Below, piece after piece: positions 27,070 to 40,752 of a stretch of DNA of 64,000 nt (positions within the stretch are counted from its first letter, which is position 1; every line of letters starts with the position of its first letter). The stretch lies in assembly GCF_006345805.1 (NCBI RefSeq), contig NC_043005.1, positions 48,918,001 through 48,982,000 on the forward strand. Reading direction: 5' to 3'. The notes under the pieces are model-generated. The model was not told where the DNA came from, did not search any database, and worked only from the letters and a program-made list of their open reading frames with translations. The stretch is from Octopus sinensis (lineage: Eukaryota). The translations under genes were made by a program, and so were the position numbers.

Positions 27070-27690
27070 TTCCATTGAGGAGGAAGTCGGTTTCCAACAA
27101 AGATACAAGGCTCCATCTTTGGGATGTAGTTAACACAGACAAATTCACATTTGGAACTTGAGAAAAATCTTGTGTATTTTTACTGTTCCACTCACAGACT
27201 GGACTTGTAATGTACGCATCAGCCGGTCAATTTCTCTTTCTGAAAATCCCAGTTTATCCAGATTCTCCTTCAAGCATTTACTAACAAACCCTAGTACTCC
27301 AATTATTATTAGTATGAATATGAATTTATAGTCCGGATATAGAAACTGGAGATTTAGAAGCAATTGTCTATAGATATCCTCTTTTTCTTTGATTTTCAAA
27401 AAGATATTCATATCTACAGGGTAGCTGACCTCTATGATGGTACATACCTTTGCCCCTCTGTCCCAAACAACAATATCTGACCTGTTATCCAAGTCTTTTC
27501 TGAGGTAAGACAGCCCAGCTGTTTTGGGGCTGTATAGTAGATCACCAGGAAGAGAGTGTTTCTCGAGGAGTTCACTGCCAACTCGTACAATATTGCTCAC
27601 TTCACTTTTCAAGATTGCATTGATATACTTATTTTGCTGCTGTTGTTTAGCAGATATTGCCTGAGTGATACAATACGGCATTCGAAGGCC
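27062..27690 (-). mobile_element. 3' fragment of an RLE-type (R2-superfamily) LINE ending in (CA)n
   Basis: RSDIVVWDRGAKVCTIIEVSYP...KIKEKEDIY (PD..D/E..K-like) ...LQVQSVSGTVKIHKIFLKFQM*. Short 3'UTR, then (CA)n. Confidence 0.75.
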
Positions 27691-28158
27691 GTCTGTACTG
27701 ATATCAGGCCTCCACCACCTTCATTTCTTCTTAGGTAGAGCCTGTACGTATGTATGTATATTATATACACGCACTCAAACACACAAAAACATATATTTAT
27801 ATATACACTGTTCGCTTGCTGAGAGGTTCAGAAATTGAAAGCGCTTATTACATCTGAAAGTTATTAATGTTTTTATATACAGTAATTTAATTGGTTTAAG
27901 CAGCAACTCGAGTTTCATATTCAAGCGAAAGTATTTGACTTGGTTTCGAATAAACCCGGATTTTCATCATCATTTTCAATCAGCAAAGTGTCATGAAGCA
28001 TGTCACAGTATGGGTGATGGAAATGTACATGACAGCCAAGTAACTGGAAACTACGATGAAACTCCGTGTTTACCCCAAAGCAAGTGAAATTTCTTCACTT
28101 GAACATGAAACTTGAGTTGCTGTCAAAAACGAATTTTACTTGAAATATATAAATTGCA

Positions 28159-28219
<61 letters not shown>

Positions 28220-28549
28220 CGCACACACACACACAAACACACACACACGCACGTGTGTGTGTATTTATGTACTTGTGTGTCTGTTCTGTGTGCGTGTATG
28301 TGCGCGCGCGTGTGCGTTATCATGATTTGAAATTGAACTACATTACAATGTAATTAATGCAGATCCTGGCGGTGAAACACAATAACGGTGATGAAAGAAC
28401 GAGAGAAGAGACAAGTGGATCGGTAATATCTATGTGGATATAATATTAGCCTAACCAATTCTGAAGAATAAAGACCGTTATCGTAGCATTAGAAAATAAT
28501 AATAATAATAATAATAATAATTATTATTATAATAATAATAATAATAAAT

Positions 28550-29725
28550 GCCCTGATGCAGTACCAGGCAGTGGCTCTCATGGCTTCTCATCTTAACTGA
28601 TTGGAAGTGTTATCATGTACATTGTTTTGTCTTGGTATAAAAGATGGGCTACAGCAAATATTCTGCTCAATACCACAGATTTGCTTGTCAGTTGTTTGAC
28701 CTTAACCAGTTGAGCATGTCCCTTAGTGGCTGACGATATGTGCATCTCTGATCACGAGCAGAAGTAGTGGGGGAGCATCATAGCCATGTGTTGAGAAGGA
28801 TTCTTTGGGGTTTGAATAATTCACCTCTGGAAACATGGGTGTTTCGTTCAACGTCCTTAAACAACTCTTATTCAGGGACCTTTTGAGCGGAATGGGTTAC
28901 TCGATCTGAAGAAAATTCTAACTGGGCTCCACCTGCAAGGTCATGTGCTGTTTATCTTGATATGAGATCACCATGTCGCGCACATATGGTTGTGATGCAT
29001 GTGCCTGGTGTACCCTTATCAGACGGGTAGTCATGATGGGTATACTGGGCTTCGTATATTTTACCCCTGTGTCACTTTGATGGCATGCTCTGCTCGCTCA
29101 CTCAATAATAATAATAATAATAATAATATAATAATAATAATAAAGGCAGTAGCTCTCATGGCTAGGCAGTGGCTCTCATGGCTAAAGGCAGTGGCTCTCA
29201 TGGCTTCTCATCTTAACTGATTGGAAGTGTTATCATGTACATTGTTTTGTCTTGGTATAAAAGATGGGCTACAGCAAATATTCTGCTCAATACCACAGAT
29301 TTGCTTGTCAGTTGTTTGACCTTAACCAGTTGAGCATGTCCCTTAGTGGCTGACGATATGTGCATCTCTGATCACGAGCAGAAGTAGTGGGGGAGCATCA
29401 TAGCCATGTGTTGAGAGGGATTCTTTGGGGTTTGAATAGTTCACCTCTGGAAACATGGGTGGTTCTTTCAACATCCTTAAACAACCCTTATTCAGGGACC
29501 TTTTGAGCGGGATGGGCTACTCAACCTGAAGAAAATTCTAACTGGGCCCCACCTGCAAGGTCATGTGCTGTTTATCTTGATATGAGATCACCATGTCGCG
29601 CACATATGGTTGTGATGCATGTGCCTGGTGTACCCTTATCAGACGGGTAGTCATGATGGGTATACTGGGCTTTGTATATTTTTACCCCAGTGTCACTTTG
29701 ATGGCATGCACTGCTCTCTCACTCA
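28550..29725 (+). mobile_element. Tandem pair of a ~555-bp (AAT)n-tailed retroposed repeat
   Basis: 28555-29110 is nearly identical to 29170-29725; both end ...cactgctctctcactc(AAT)n. Further copies at about 51140-51655(-) and 54135-54370(+, partial). Confidence 0.85.
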
Positions 29726-29747
29726 ATAATAATAATAATAATAATAA

Positions 29748-29805
<58 letters not shown>

Positions 29806-29911
29806 CATCCAACTGTAAAACGATCATTCTTACAAACGTTACTCTTACTCTTGTTAGTATGGAGGAAAAAATGTTGAACAAGACAAGAGAAAAATAAATA
29901 ACGAAACTTAC

Positions 29912-29978
29912 CTACTAAAGACAAGAATAGTGAAATCTTTCCAAAATTAACTTCCCCAATGAACTTTTTACAGAAAAT
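29912..29978 (-). CDS. SLC35F3/SLC35F4: SLC35F3/F4-like exon: IFCKKFIGEVNFGKISLFLSLV(G)
   Basis: Too short for the ORF track; found by reading. Acceptor ctttttag|ATT and donor G|gtaagt. 67 nt, phase 0 in, phase 1 out. Matches the expected .FK...G..NFG...LF.S..G segment. Confidence 0.88.
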
Positions 29979-30192
29979 CTAAAAAGCGAAATAAAATAAG
30001 AATAAAATAAAAATGAAAGAAAAGATGGAAGACAGGTTTTATTGTATTGTTTGCTATAAATGTTATATAAGTTATAAGAATTAGTCAGCAAAGTAAATTA
30101 TTGAAAGATCAACAACGAAGGGGAAAATGTCATTGTCATGACAACGAAGTTACTCTTTGGCTTTTTTCTCTATAAATATCTGTACATGCCAT

Positions 30193-30249
<57 letters not shown>

Positions 30250-30286
30250 GGAAGATGTATTCACTACGCCTGAATGATATTATTTA

Positions 30287-30342
<56 letters not shown>

Positions 30343-30555
30343 TATATATAAATATATATACATATACATATATATACATATATATACATATACATATATA
30401 TATATATATATATATATGTAATTATATATATATATATAATATATATATATATATATGTAATTATTTTATATACGTATATACATACACATAATATACGCAC
30501 TTGCACACGCATGCACGTACGCACACACACATGTGTACATTATGTGTGTGTATAT

Positions 30556-30597
<42 letters not shown>

Positions 30598-30675
30598 TAT
30601 ATACATATGTGTATATACTTACATAAATATCTATATACATATGCATATATGGGCACAGGACGTTCACCGATCTAT

Positions 30676-30711
<36 letters not shown>

Positions 30712-33034
30712 CAATTATCAATGAATATTTATTTTAGAATTACTTTGTTTGTATTGTAATTTACGTTGTCTTTACTCTGTGGTTTGGTTGCTAAGTAACC
30801 ACACAAAACGTAATAAATGTTATATCGTCAGGTAAAGCTTAACACATTTACTACACATGATCGACCGAAAAGTTGGATGTGGCGGGAAGGAAACGGATAT
30901 ACATGAAAAGTACGTTGTTGTTGTTGTTATCATCATCCACGTCGTTGTTGTTGTTGTTCTTTTTTTTAGCTCCAGGTCAGCGTTGATCGACCAGATCTGT
31001 GATCAAAGGTGTTTTAGTTGTGACCATTCTGTCTTCTCATGCATAGTTTAACTCAAACCTATATTATCCAACATAGCTTTGTTTTTCGGATTTTTTTTTC
31101 TTGTTTGCTTCATTCTGTTTAATATTGATGTGATATCAAAGACTTTCAGTGGTCACACAGACGGTGTCTCATTCATATAAACCTTACTGTGAGGCGGCAG
31201 AAATGATTCATTTAAAAAATAAGTGAACTGAACGGAAGAATTAATTGAAGATTCTATGTTCTAAAAGTACTCAAAGCTCACAGCTATCAATGTACCGAAG
31301 ACACTTTTAGCACGGGCTAAATTAATTTATAAACAATAATCTCAGAAACAGATCGTCATAGTTTTAACGTCCACTTGTCCATGCTTGCATGAGTCAGATG
31401 GAATTCGTTGAAACAGATTATTTTTATGGCCGAATACCCTTCCTGTTGTCGACTCTTACCAGTTGCCAAGCAGGGTAATATTTACCCTAGTTCTTTGAAC
31501 ACGAAGAACACAATTTTTTGTTTGTGTTTATGTGTAATTCACAAAGGTTATTGTAAGTAAGCTGTCTTTTTTTTTTCCTACCGCATATTCAAGAGGGTAG
31601 GGTAGTGCCCAGAACTTTTCCAGGACTTCAAAGGGCGAGGAGCCGAAACAAATATCTCAAAGTATCCTTTCCGATGCTCTAACGATTCTGCGTCGTTAGA
31701 GTGGAATTTTATTTATCAGCCCTATAAAGATGAAAAGCAAAGTTAACAACTGCAGTAATTTCACTTAGAACACAAAATGCCAACATGGACAGCAGAGGGA
31801 GTGGTCACATGAAACAGATATCTGCAGGGAGAGAGAATCACAGTTAAAAGATACCTGAAAGGAATATCATCAAAACGAAAATATTTAAAATATGTCTACA
31901 GATCTGGATAGCTACAGAAACAATAGCCTCATTCTACCGTGATGCAAAATTGTGTACTGGGAGAGAAACCTTAGGCTATGACCGATTTCCTCCTCTTAAC
32001 TCAGCTACTTGTGTCTACCACCGGGGCCCATGTCATATGCATAACAGCTAACTGGGTGTGTGAGGATGCGGTGTACACCCATGCTGTTACTCTGCATCCC
32101 ATATATTAATTAGTTGCAGGTCACTGTGTGCAGTGTTCTTCCTGATCAGATAGAGACATAGATTGTCTGAGCCATACCTGGACCTTCAATACCAGCTACC
32201 TATATGCATGTGGAAGCACATGGCCTGGTGGTTAGAGCAGCGGACTTGCGGTCGAGGGATCGCGGGTTCGAATCTGTGTGTGTTCGAATCTGCGGGCGAT
32301 GTGTGTGTTTATGAGCGAAACACCTAAGCTTCACGCGGCTCCGGCAGAAGGTAATAGCAAGCTTCTGCTGACTCTTTCGCCACAACTTTCTCTCACTCTT
32401 TCCTCCTGTATCTTGCAGCTCACCTGTGACGGACCGGCATCCCGTCCAGGTGGGGAACCTATACGCCAAAGAAACCGGGAAACCGGCCCTTATGAGCCAG
32501 GCATGGCTCGAGAAGGAACCTATATGCATGACCAGGCTTTCTTTAGCCACCAGGGGAATCCCTTAGCATCACTCGATCTACTACAAATAGGAATTAAATT
32601 TCTTTCAGATCATAACCAGTCGCTTTGAAATGTGAAATAATGAAATCCTGAATACACAAAGGAAAAAAAAAACGAATAATCGTAGCCAGAACGTCTTTGT
32701 TCAATCAAGGTTAATCTGCAACAAAACAACGTCGACAAAAACTGAGATTAACAGCAACAAGGGCTGGGAAGCTGGCATGTCCCAAAAGTACGATGTAGAC
32801 TGGCCGGCCACTAAATAGCAAAAGATGAGACGATAGTGTGCGTGGAGTGTAGAAATAACTTAGGAATGATAGATTTTTAGTAATATAGGTAACATTTTTT
32901 TCATGTTGTCTCTTGCCAGTAGAGAAAAGTATTAGTCTTAGTTTGGAGAGACCCTAGTTGGAATTGGCAAGCCACTAAAGTTTGCGAACTAAACGAACAC
33001 AGAATTAAAAACGAAACTTTCTTGGATTTGTAAC

Positions 33035-33770
33035 AAGAAACTTCGTTGATAATATGAAACCTTATTTATGACGAGAAACCATAGAGATGACAAGAAACTA
33101 TTTCGTTAAGAAGAAGCCACCTTGATAACAGGAAAACACATTAATAAGAAGCATTAACACTGATAACAATAAGCCACATTGATAACAAGGGAGAGACTAC
33201 ATTGATAATACAGGAGGAATTACATTCATAATAAGAAACTACACTGAGAATAATAAACGACATTAATTACAAGAAATCATATAGAAAACATGAAACATAT
33301 TGTTAACAACAGCCATGTTGATAAGAAAGAAACTATATTGATAAGAAGGAAGAAATCACATTGATAACAAGAAACCATATTGGTAGTATGAAACATTGTT
33401 AACAAGCCATATTGATAGCAACGAAACCGCATTGATACCGAAAACCGCATTGATGACGAATTATATTGGTTTCAAATTTTAGCACAAGGCCAGTATGTTT
33501 GGGAAAGGGTTTTTAAGTCGATTACAATCAAGCTCTCTGTTCAACTGGTACTTATTTTATCGACCCCGTAAGGATGATAAGCAATGTTGACCCCCTCGCC
33601 CCCGCCGCGGAATTTGAACTCGGATTGTAAGGACGGACGAAGTGCTCCAAGCATTCTTCCCAGCGTGCAGCTCACCGCCTTATAACAACAAAGGATATTC
33701 ATGACAATAAACAATACTGATGACAAGATATATTTCTGATAACAAGAAATCATATTTATAAAGGAGAAAA
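33035..33770. repeat. Old diverged ~20-23-bp minisatellite (cacattgataacaagaaac), interrupted by a SINE
   Basis: About 20 copies from 33035-33475, resuming at 33685-33770 after a family A SINE. Confidence 0.7.
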
Positions 33771-33873
33771 TGTAAATTTATTTAGTTTTCCGCTTTCTAT
33801 GATTGTTTCCGTCATAATTGTTTTGCTTAAACCAATTATAGTTCTAGCCTACCGATAGTTAATTTGAATGTGA

Positions 33874-33918
<45 letters not shown>

Positions 33919-33920
33919 AT

Positions 33921-33955
<35 letters not shown>

Positions 33956-34006
33956 ATGAATGTATGTACGTATGAATGTATGTACGTATGTATATATGTA
34001 TATATA

Positions 34007-34076
<70 letters not shown>

Positions 34077-34160
34077 GTGTGTATATATATGTATGAATAC
34101 ATTTGTATATATATATATGTGTATATATATATATGTATATATATATGTGTGTATATATTG

Positions 34161-34196
<36 letters not shown>

Positions 34197-34278
34197 ATGT
34201 ATATATATATGTATATATATACATATATTTATATATATATGTATATATGTATATATATTATATATGTATATATATAAT

Positions 34279-34351
<73 letters not shown>

Positions 34352-36334
34352 CATATATACATATCCTTTGTAAAAAGTAAAATTAAGATGAATAAAACAA
34401 CATCAAATAAATGTAATATTTAATTTTTTTAATTACTGAATGAGATGACAATTTATTAATTCATTGAACCAAGCAATCAAATAAATAGTTTTGCTCATAT
34501 AACGTGGAACTTTGCCATTTTGTAAAGGTTTTATAAAAGTTCATCTTTTCTAGAATCCGGATAAATCACAAGGCTAGTGTTTAATTTCAAGTGCGAAACA
34601 GTGCGAAACTAGTGTGAAGCAAAATCTTTGACCCTGGATAGAACGCAAGTCAATCGCATATAGCTTATCTGTTCAAAGAGTAAGGTAATTTCCGACAGCT
34701 TAGGTATATGAAAAATTTGAAGGCAAAGAATTTTGTCAAGAGAACAACGAAATATCTACAACGAACTGTAATCAAATACTTAATCTACTCAATAATTTTT
34801 TCCATTCCTATCATATCTGGCAGTCCGACGGTTTCGACGACGAGTATTCCAGCTGATCCGATCAACGGAATAGCCTGCTCGTGAAATTAATATGCAAGTG
34901 GCTGAGCACTCCACAGACACGCATTCCCTTAACGCAGTCCTCAGGGAGATTCAGAACGATTCTGTCAGCTCGCCAACTTAACATATAGTATTTGCCAAAA
35001 CTGCTTTGCAATCACGAGGTACCGCATTCGATTCCACGAAAAGGTATCTTGGGGAAGTATTTTTTACCATAGCCTTGAACAGAACTAAAGTGAAAATGAC
35101 TGGACAGACACTGTGGAAGCTTTTCGGATGAACGATACTTACAAAGCAAAGGGCCAATCTTGTAATACACTATAACTTACTGATTCTGTTCAAGGATTGC
35201 GTTAAAAAACTGGCATCCCATTGGTTACGACGACGCGGGTTACAGTTGATCCGATCAACGGAACAGCCTACTCATGAAATCAACGTGAAGTGGCTGAGCA
35301 CACCACAGACACGCATGCTCTTTACGTAGTTCGAGATTCAGCGTGACACTGAATGTGCCAAGGCTGGCCCTGTGGAATACAGGTACTACTCATTTTTGCC
35401 AGCTGAGTGAAATAAAGTGTCTTGCTCAAGGACACAACGCACCATCGGAAATCGAACTCAAGACATTCCGACTGTGATCCGGATATCCAAAGTACTAAGC
35501 CACACACCTTCACTTTCCTCTCATATAAAAGGAGGTAAAAATATTATAAATCTTTATTGTATGTTAACCCCACAGATTACAATAAAAATTGCTTATGTAT
35601 CGATTATAGTTGTCGTATTGATTGTACTGTTAGAAGATGCCTAAAATTGTGGATAAAAATTACATCAGTAGAGTTACATTATATATTTATGACTTTAACA
35701 AACCAGAACCAAATTAAAACAGCCGAAAATAGAACTAACTAATCGATAATAAGTCTCTGTAGCAACTGCGGCTAATGCTATACTGGAGCATTAAACAATA
35801 ACACTGAGTTGCTTACATATGTGTAATACAAACATTCGTTTGACATCCACTAGAATCCAATAGGAAATATGCAGATTGTAGAAAACTAAAATATTCGTAA
35901 GCTAGAATATTCATAAGGGCCGGACTAGTGCGTGACCTAGCCTGGTAACCAGGTTAGGTCACACACTAGTCTGATCCTTATGATCAATCGAGAGGTAGCA
36001 GAAAATATTTATTTTATCGATCCAAGAGTAGGAAGGAAGAGGAAAGTCGACTTCAGTGAGATTTTGAACTCAGGACGTATAGCGGAGAAACTAAAATTCT
36101 GTTCAATATCTTGTCCTGAGCTCACAAGGGGCTAAACACAGAGAGGACAAACAAGGACAGACAAAGAGATTAAGTCGATTATACGACCCCAGTGCGTAAC
36201 TTGTACTTATTTAATCAACCCCGAAAGGATGAAAGGCAAAGTCGACCTCGGCGGAATTTGAACTCAGAACATGACAGACGAAATACCGCTAAGCATCTCG
36301 CCCGGCGTGCTAACGATTCTGCCAGCTCGCCGTC

Positions 36335-36410
<76 letters not shown>

Positions 36411-37236
36411 CAATAACACACACACTCGCACTCACATACACACTCACACACACACACACACACATGCACAGAATGCTAGTGACCGGTTAGTTTGGAAAGA
36501 ATCCAATGGTGTACTTCGGTACATTGGTTTGAAGCATCAACGCGTAAACTTTAAATAATAGGATAATTATGGACAATATACCGTAGTATAGGAGGGAGAA
36601 TTGACTAACTTTATGCTTTTTCAACTTTACTACTGTGCTGTAAATATTCAATATAAGTTATGTTGATTTTGTTTGCTTTTCTTTTTGTTATTTGTTTTCG
36701 TAAATACTACTTAGCTCTTTTATATACCGTGTACCTAACTTTCGGTTCAATAATCATATCCATCCATCCATCCAACCCTCTTTTACGCCCAATATTCTTG
36801 GCAGGACCGTGGGGGAAGAGTCCTCAGTCACCTCTTCTATAGAGACCTATCAAAAGCAACCACCATTAAACTTACCGATGCATTTCCAAGCGGGACTAAC
36901 TGAAACTATGGATATTATCCATCCGTTTCGTTCTTGTTCTGCCTCTAGGTCTTCCACCGTCTTAAGATTTTTTTTTTCCTACGACATACTCATGACATGC
37001 CTGTAGTACCAGAACTATGAGCCCTCAATGCCGAGGAACAATGGCTCGACCTGGAGAGACTCACTGGCCACGCATCCTGTCGAATAGCGTTATTCCAGAG
37101 ATCCTTCTGAGTAACCCCATTTCGGCCGCTCGTATTTACGTTCGTACTCTTTCAGTCTTTACCGAACTTTAATGATTGTTGACGAGAATAACCACGAAAA
37201 CCGATTTTATATATAAATTATATAAAATTTTTAAAA

Positions 37237-37465
37237 TATCTGTAAATGTAATATGTGACAATTATTCGGTAGCCATGATAAAACTCCGAGTTTCGGATGC
37301 CGAGGTGGAAAACCACGCCGCCATCTCTTCAGTTATAAACTTCATAGCATTTTTCCGATGGCCGGATAACTGAAGAGATAGCAGCGTGATTTTCCACCTC
37401 GGCATCCGAAACTCGGGGTTTTATCATGGCTACCGAATAATTATCACATATTACCTTTACAGATA
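37237..37465. repeat. Palindromic element (~100-bp arms, 29-nt spacer); each arm carries a hammerhead-like motif
   Basis: 37237-37336 is the reverse complement of 37366-37465 with few mismatches. Plus-strand motif: GATAA-CTGAAGA-GAT...ATCC-GAAA-CTCGGGGT-T-TTATC (37365-37425). Confidence 0.85.
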
Positions 37466-38275
37466 AATTCCTCTATTTACATAATATCGAGGTCTCTTTC
37501 TTTCTTTTGTTGTCTTAACATTTTTATCAATAATTTTTAATATATATATATATAAGCAATTGTATCGTAGAATGGTTATTTTAGCTTTCTGGAAAAGATA
37601 CACAAGCTCTGTTTTAGATGGCTGAAATCACTTTTCCATGATATAAATGCCCCCAGAAAGAAAATACAATGATGATCAAGTATACTAGCCTTCTTTCGGC
37701 ATATATTTGTTGTTCGGACAGAGTCAACATCAACTGACAAGGTTGCAAGAACAACGAAAATTTTGGAAGAAAAATATAAATAAGAAATGAATGGAAATCA
37801 AACCGGTGAGTGTGTTAGATAATAAGGCATTAAGACAATATGACTCTCCCCAGACACAACATAATTTGTTGTTATCGTTATTGTTTAAAAGGCGGCAAGC
37901 TAGCAGAATCGTTAACACCATGGGCTGAATACTTAGTGGCATTTCGTTCAGCTTTACGCCATGGGTTCAAATGTAGCCGAAGTCGACTTCACCGTACATC
38001 CTTTCGGGGTCGATAAAATAAGTAACAGTTGAACACTGGGGTCGATTTAATCGACTTAGCCCCCTCCCTCGAATCTGCTGGCCTTGTGCCAAAATTTAAA
38101 ACCATTATTGTTGTTGTTTAAAAAAGACATTCCAACCATAACCACACCGTCTTTTATTAGGACAGTACTTTTAAGATAGTAAACTGTGATTTGAGCTATA
38201 ACTCTAGAAACTCTTACAATTGCTCTTCGTTTGAATTCGTATTTATATATACATGTGTGTGGGGGTGTATGAGTG

Positions 38276-38306
<31 letters not shown>

Positions 38307-38894
38307 TGTGTGTGTGTGTGTGTGTGCACTAATACGCATGTTTGTGTATGTCCGTGTGTATGTGTGTATGCGCATATATCGGTGTTTGGATTATCGATTC
38401 CGCGAATACCTACACAGTGTTCTCCACTGCATTCTGGGCTAGTCCTTGAGAATCATTAGGGCCACATCATTAGCCACATCTCGCTCAATCTGTCTTCCAC
38501 GAGACTCTTTCTTTCTTCTCTTCCTAACCTTATTACACCTGAATTTATTGTGGTTTTCTTAAGTATTTTTTTACGTATGTATCTTTCATCTTTTATTTGT
38601 TTCACTCATTAGATTGCGGCCATGCTGGAGCACCACATTGACGAATTTTAGTCGAAGGAATCGACTCCAGTACTTATTATTGTTTTTTTTTAAAGCCTGG
38701 CACGTATTGTATCAGTTTCTTTTGTTAATATTAAGTTACGGGGACGTAAATATAACAGCAACGGTTATCCAACTGTAGTAGGGGACAAGCACACACAGAA
38801 ATACACACACACACACACAGACATATGCGGCACACACACACACACACATACACACACACACACACAGACATATGCGACACACACACACACACAT

Positions 38895-38937
<43 letters not shown>

Positions 38938-39426
38938 CGACGGGCTACTTTCAGTTTCCATCTACCAAGTCCACTCACAACTCTTTGGTCGGCCCGAGGC
39001 TTCAGTAGAAGACGTCTACCCAAGGTGTCACGCTGTAGAACTAAACCCGGAACCATATGGTAAGGAAACAGCCACGCCTGATTCTATGTACGTTTATTTT
39101 ACTGTATTAATCTTGACTTGTTTATCGCGTCTCTTTCTGTTAAAATCAATTTTATATATTTTTTACTCAGAAGACGGGAGTTTTTTTTTCTATTTTACAA
39201 ATTATATTGCATCGATTCCCGTTATATCTACAGAATATCTGTTAGTATGCATATTCATATTTGTATGTGTGTGTACGCCATACATATGTGTGTGTGTCTA
39301 TTTATATTTATACACACAGAGAGTATAATAATAACAATAATAATAATAATAGTAATAATAATAATAATAATAATAATGATGATGATAATAATGATAATAA
39401 TGATGATGATGATGATGATAATGATG

Positions 39427-39485
<59 letters not shown>

Positions 39486-40302
39486 CTACATGCTATTTAA
39501 ATGTCAGAGATATTTTCTAAATGTTGCCACTTCAATAACTACCTCCTGAACCACTGAGGCTCATACTACAATTGATTGAACAGATCAATACTTAACTTTT
39601 TACTAGAAACAATCATGCATTCTCTCTACTTCTTTTTTCACTCTTAACCTACTAATAGATATTCCTGTCCCAGTATATATTTCATTAAAATACACTCTTT
39701 GACATTTTCAGCATTTCATCTTTCCATGTTCGTTTCCTTATAGTTCAATACTTAACTATCGAACGGGAACATTCACAGCCTCCATTTCCTCTTCAGCTCT
39801 TTTATCCAATGCAGACACTCCTGTTCTCATTGTGAATAACAACACATTTTTATTACAGGGCATTTTCAACTCTTTACTTTTTCCATTTTTATTTCCGATA
39901 ATCTATTCATATTGTATACATTGTTATGTCCTTCATCTTACGTATATTTCCTTTTTTCGCTGCCTTCTTCATTTCTAACTACCCAAGTGGTTTAACTCAG
40001 CCCTAGCATATTAATATAAGTTATGATTCTTACAACCTTTCTAACCAGCTAAAACTAAGCTATCACGAGACTACTACAATACTCAGCGTTTTTTTTTAAA
40101 TATCAGTGACATATATGTTATCAGCATGTACAATTCCTAAGTAGCTGAGAGCTAGATAAGGTCAATATAGAAAACACATTAGTGCTCAAAAAAATTTGAG
40201 CTTAAACCCTGATATCTTCATCCAGGACAAGGCGCACAGCATCAAAAGTGGCTACAAGAGAAAACCAAGGGGAGCTGATATGGAAATAGTGATGCAGGCT
40301 TG

Positions 40303-40362
<60 letters not shown>

Positions 40363-40371
<9 letters not shown>

Positions 40372-40752
40372 TTAGAGACAAAACTACTATTAGGCAAATC
40401 AAACAATGAAAAACTAAGCCCATACATAAGATTATTTAATTTATATTATTTAAATATATAACAAAATTATTAAAAAAATATAATTAATATCACACTACGA
40501 TCGTTTCATGGCTGCTAACTTCTTCAAATTTAAACCTCGCCAAGATAAATATTTAAACCACCTGATGAATGACTGTGACTTGAAAATTTGAAGAAATTAG
40601 CAGCCATGAAACGATCGTAGTGTGATATTAATTATATTTTTTTAATAATTTTGTTATATATTTAAATAATATAAATTAAATAATCTTATGTATGGGCTTA
40701 AGTTTTTCATTGTTTGATTTGCCTAATAGTGGTTTTGTCTCTAATTTAATAT
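40363..40752. repeat. (TA)n-adjacent foldback element (~170-bp near-perfect arms, ~52-nt spacer) with a hammerhead-like motif on the plus strand
   Basis: 40363-40531 is the reverse complement of 40584-40752. CTGATGA at 40562-68; helix II ATGACTG/CAGCCAT; GAAA at 40608-11; ATC triplet ending at 40616. Confidence 0.85.
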
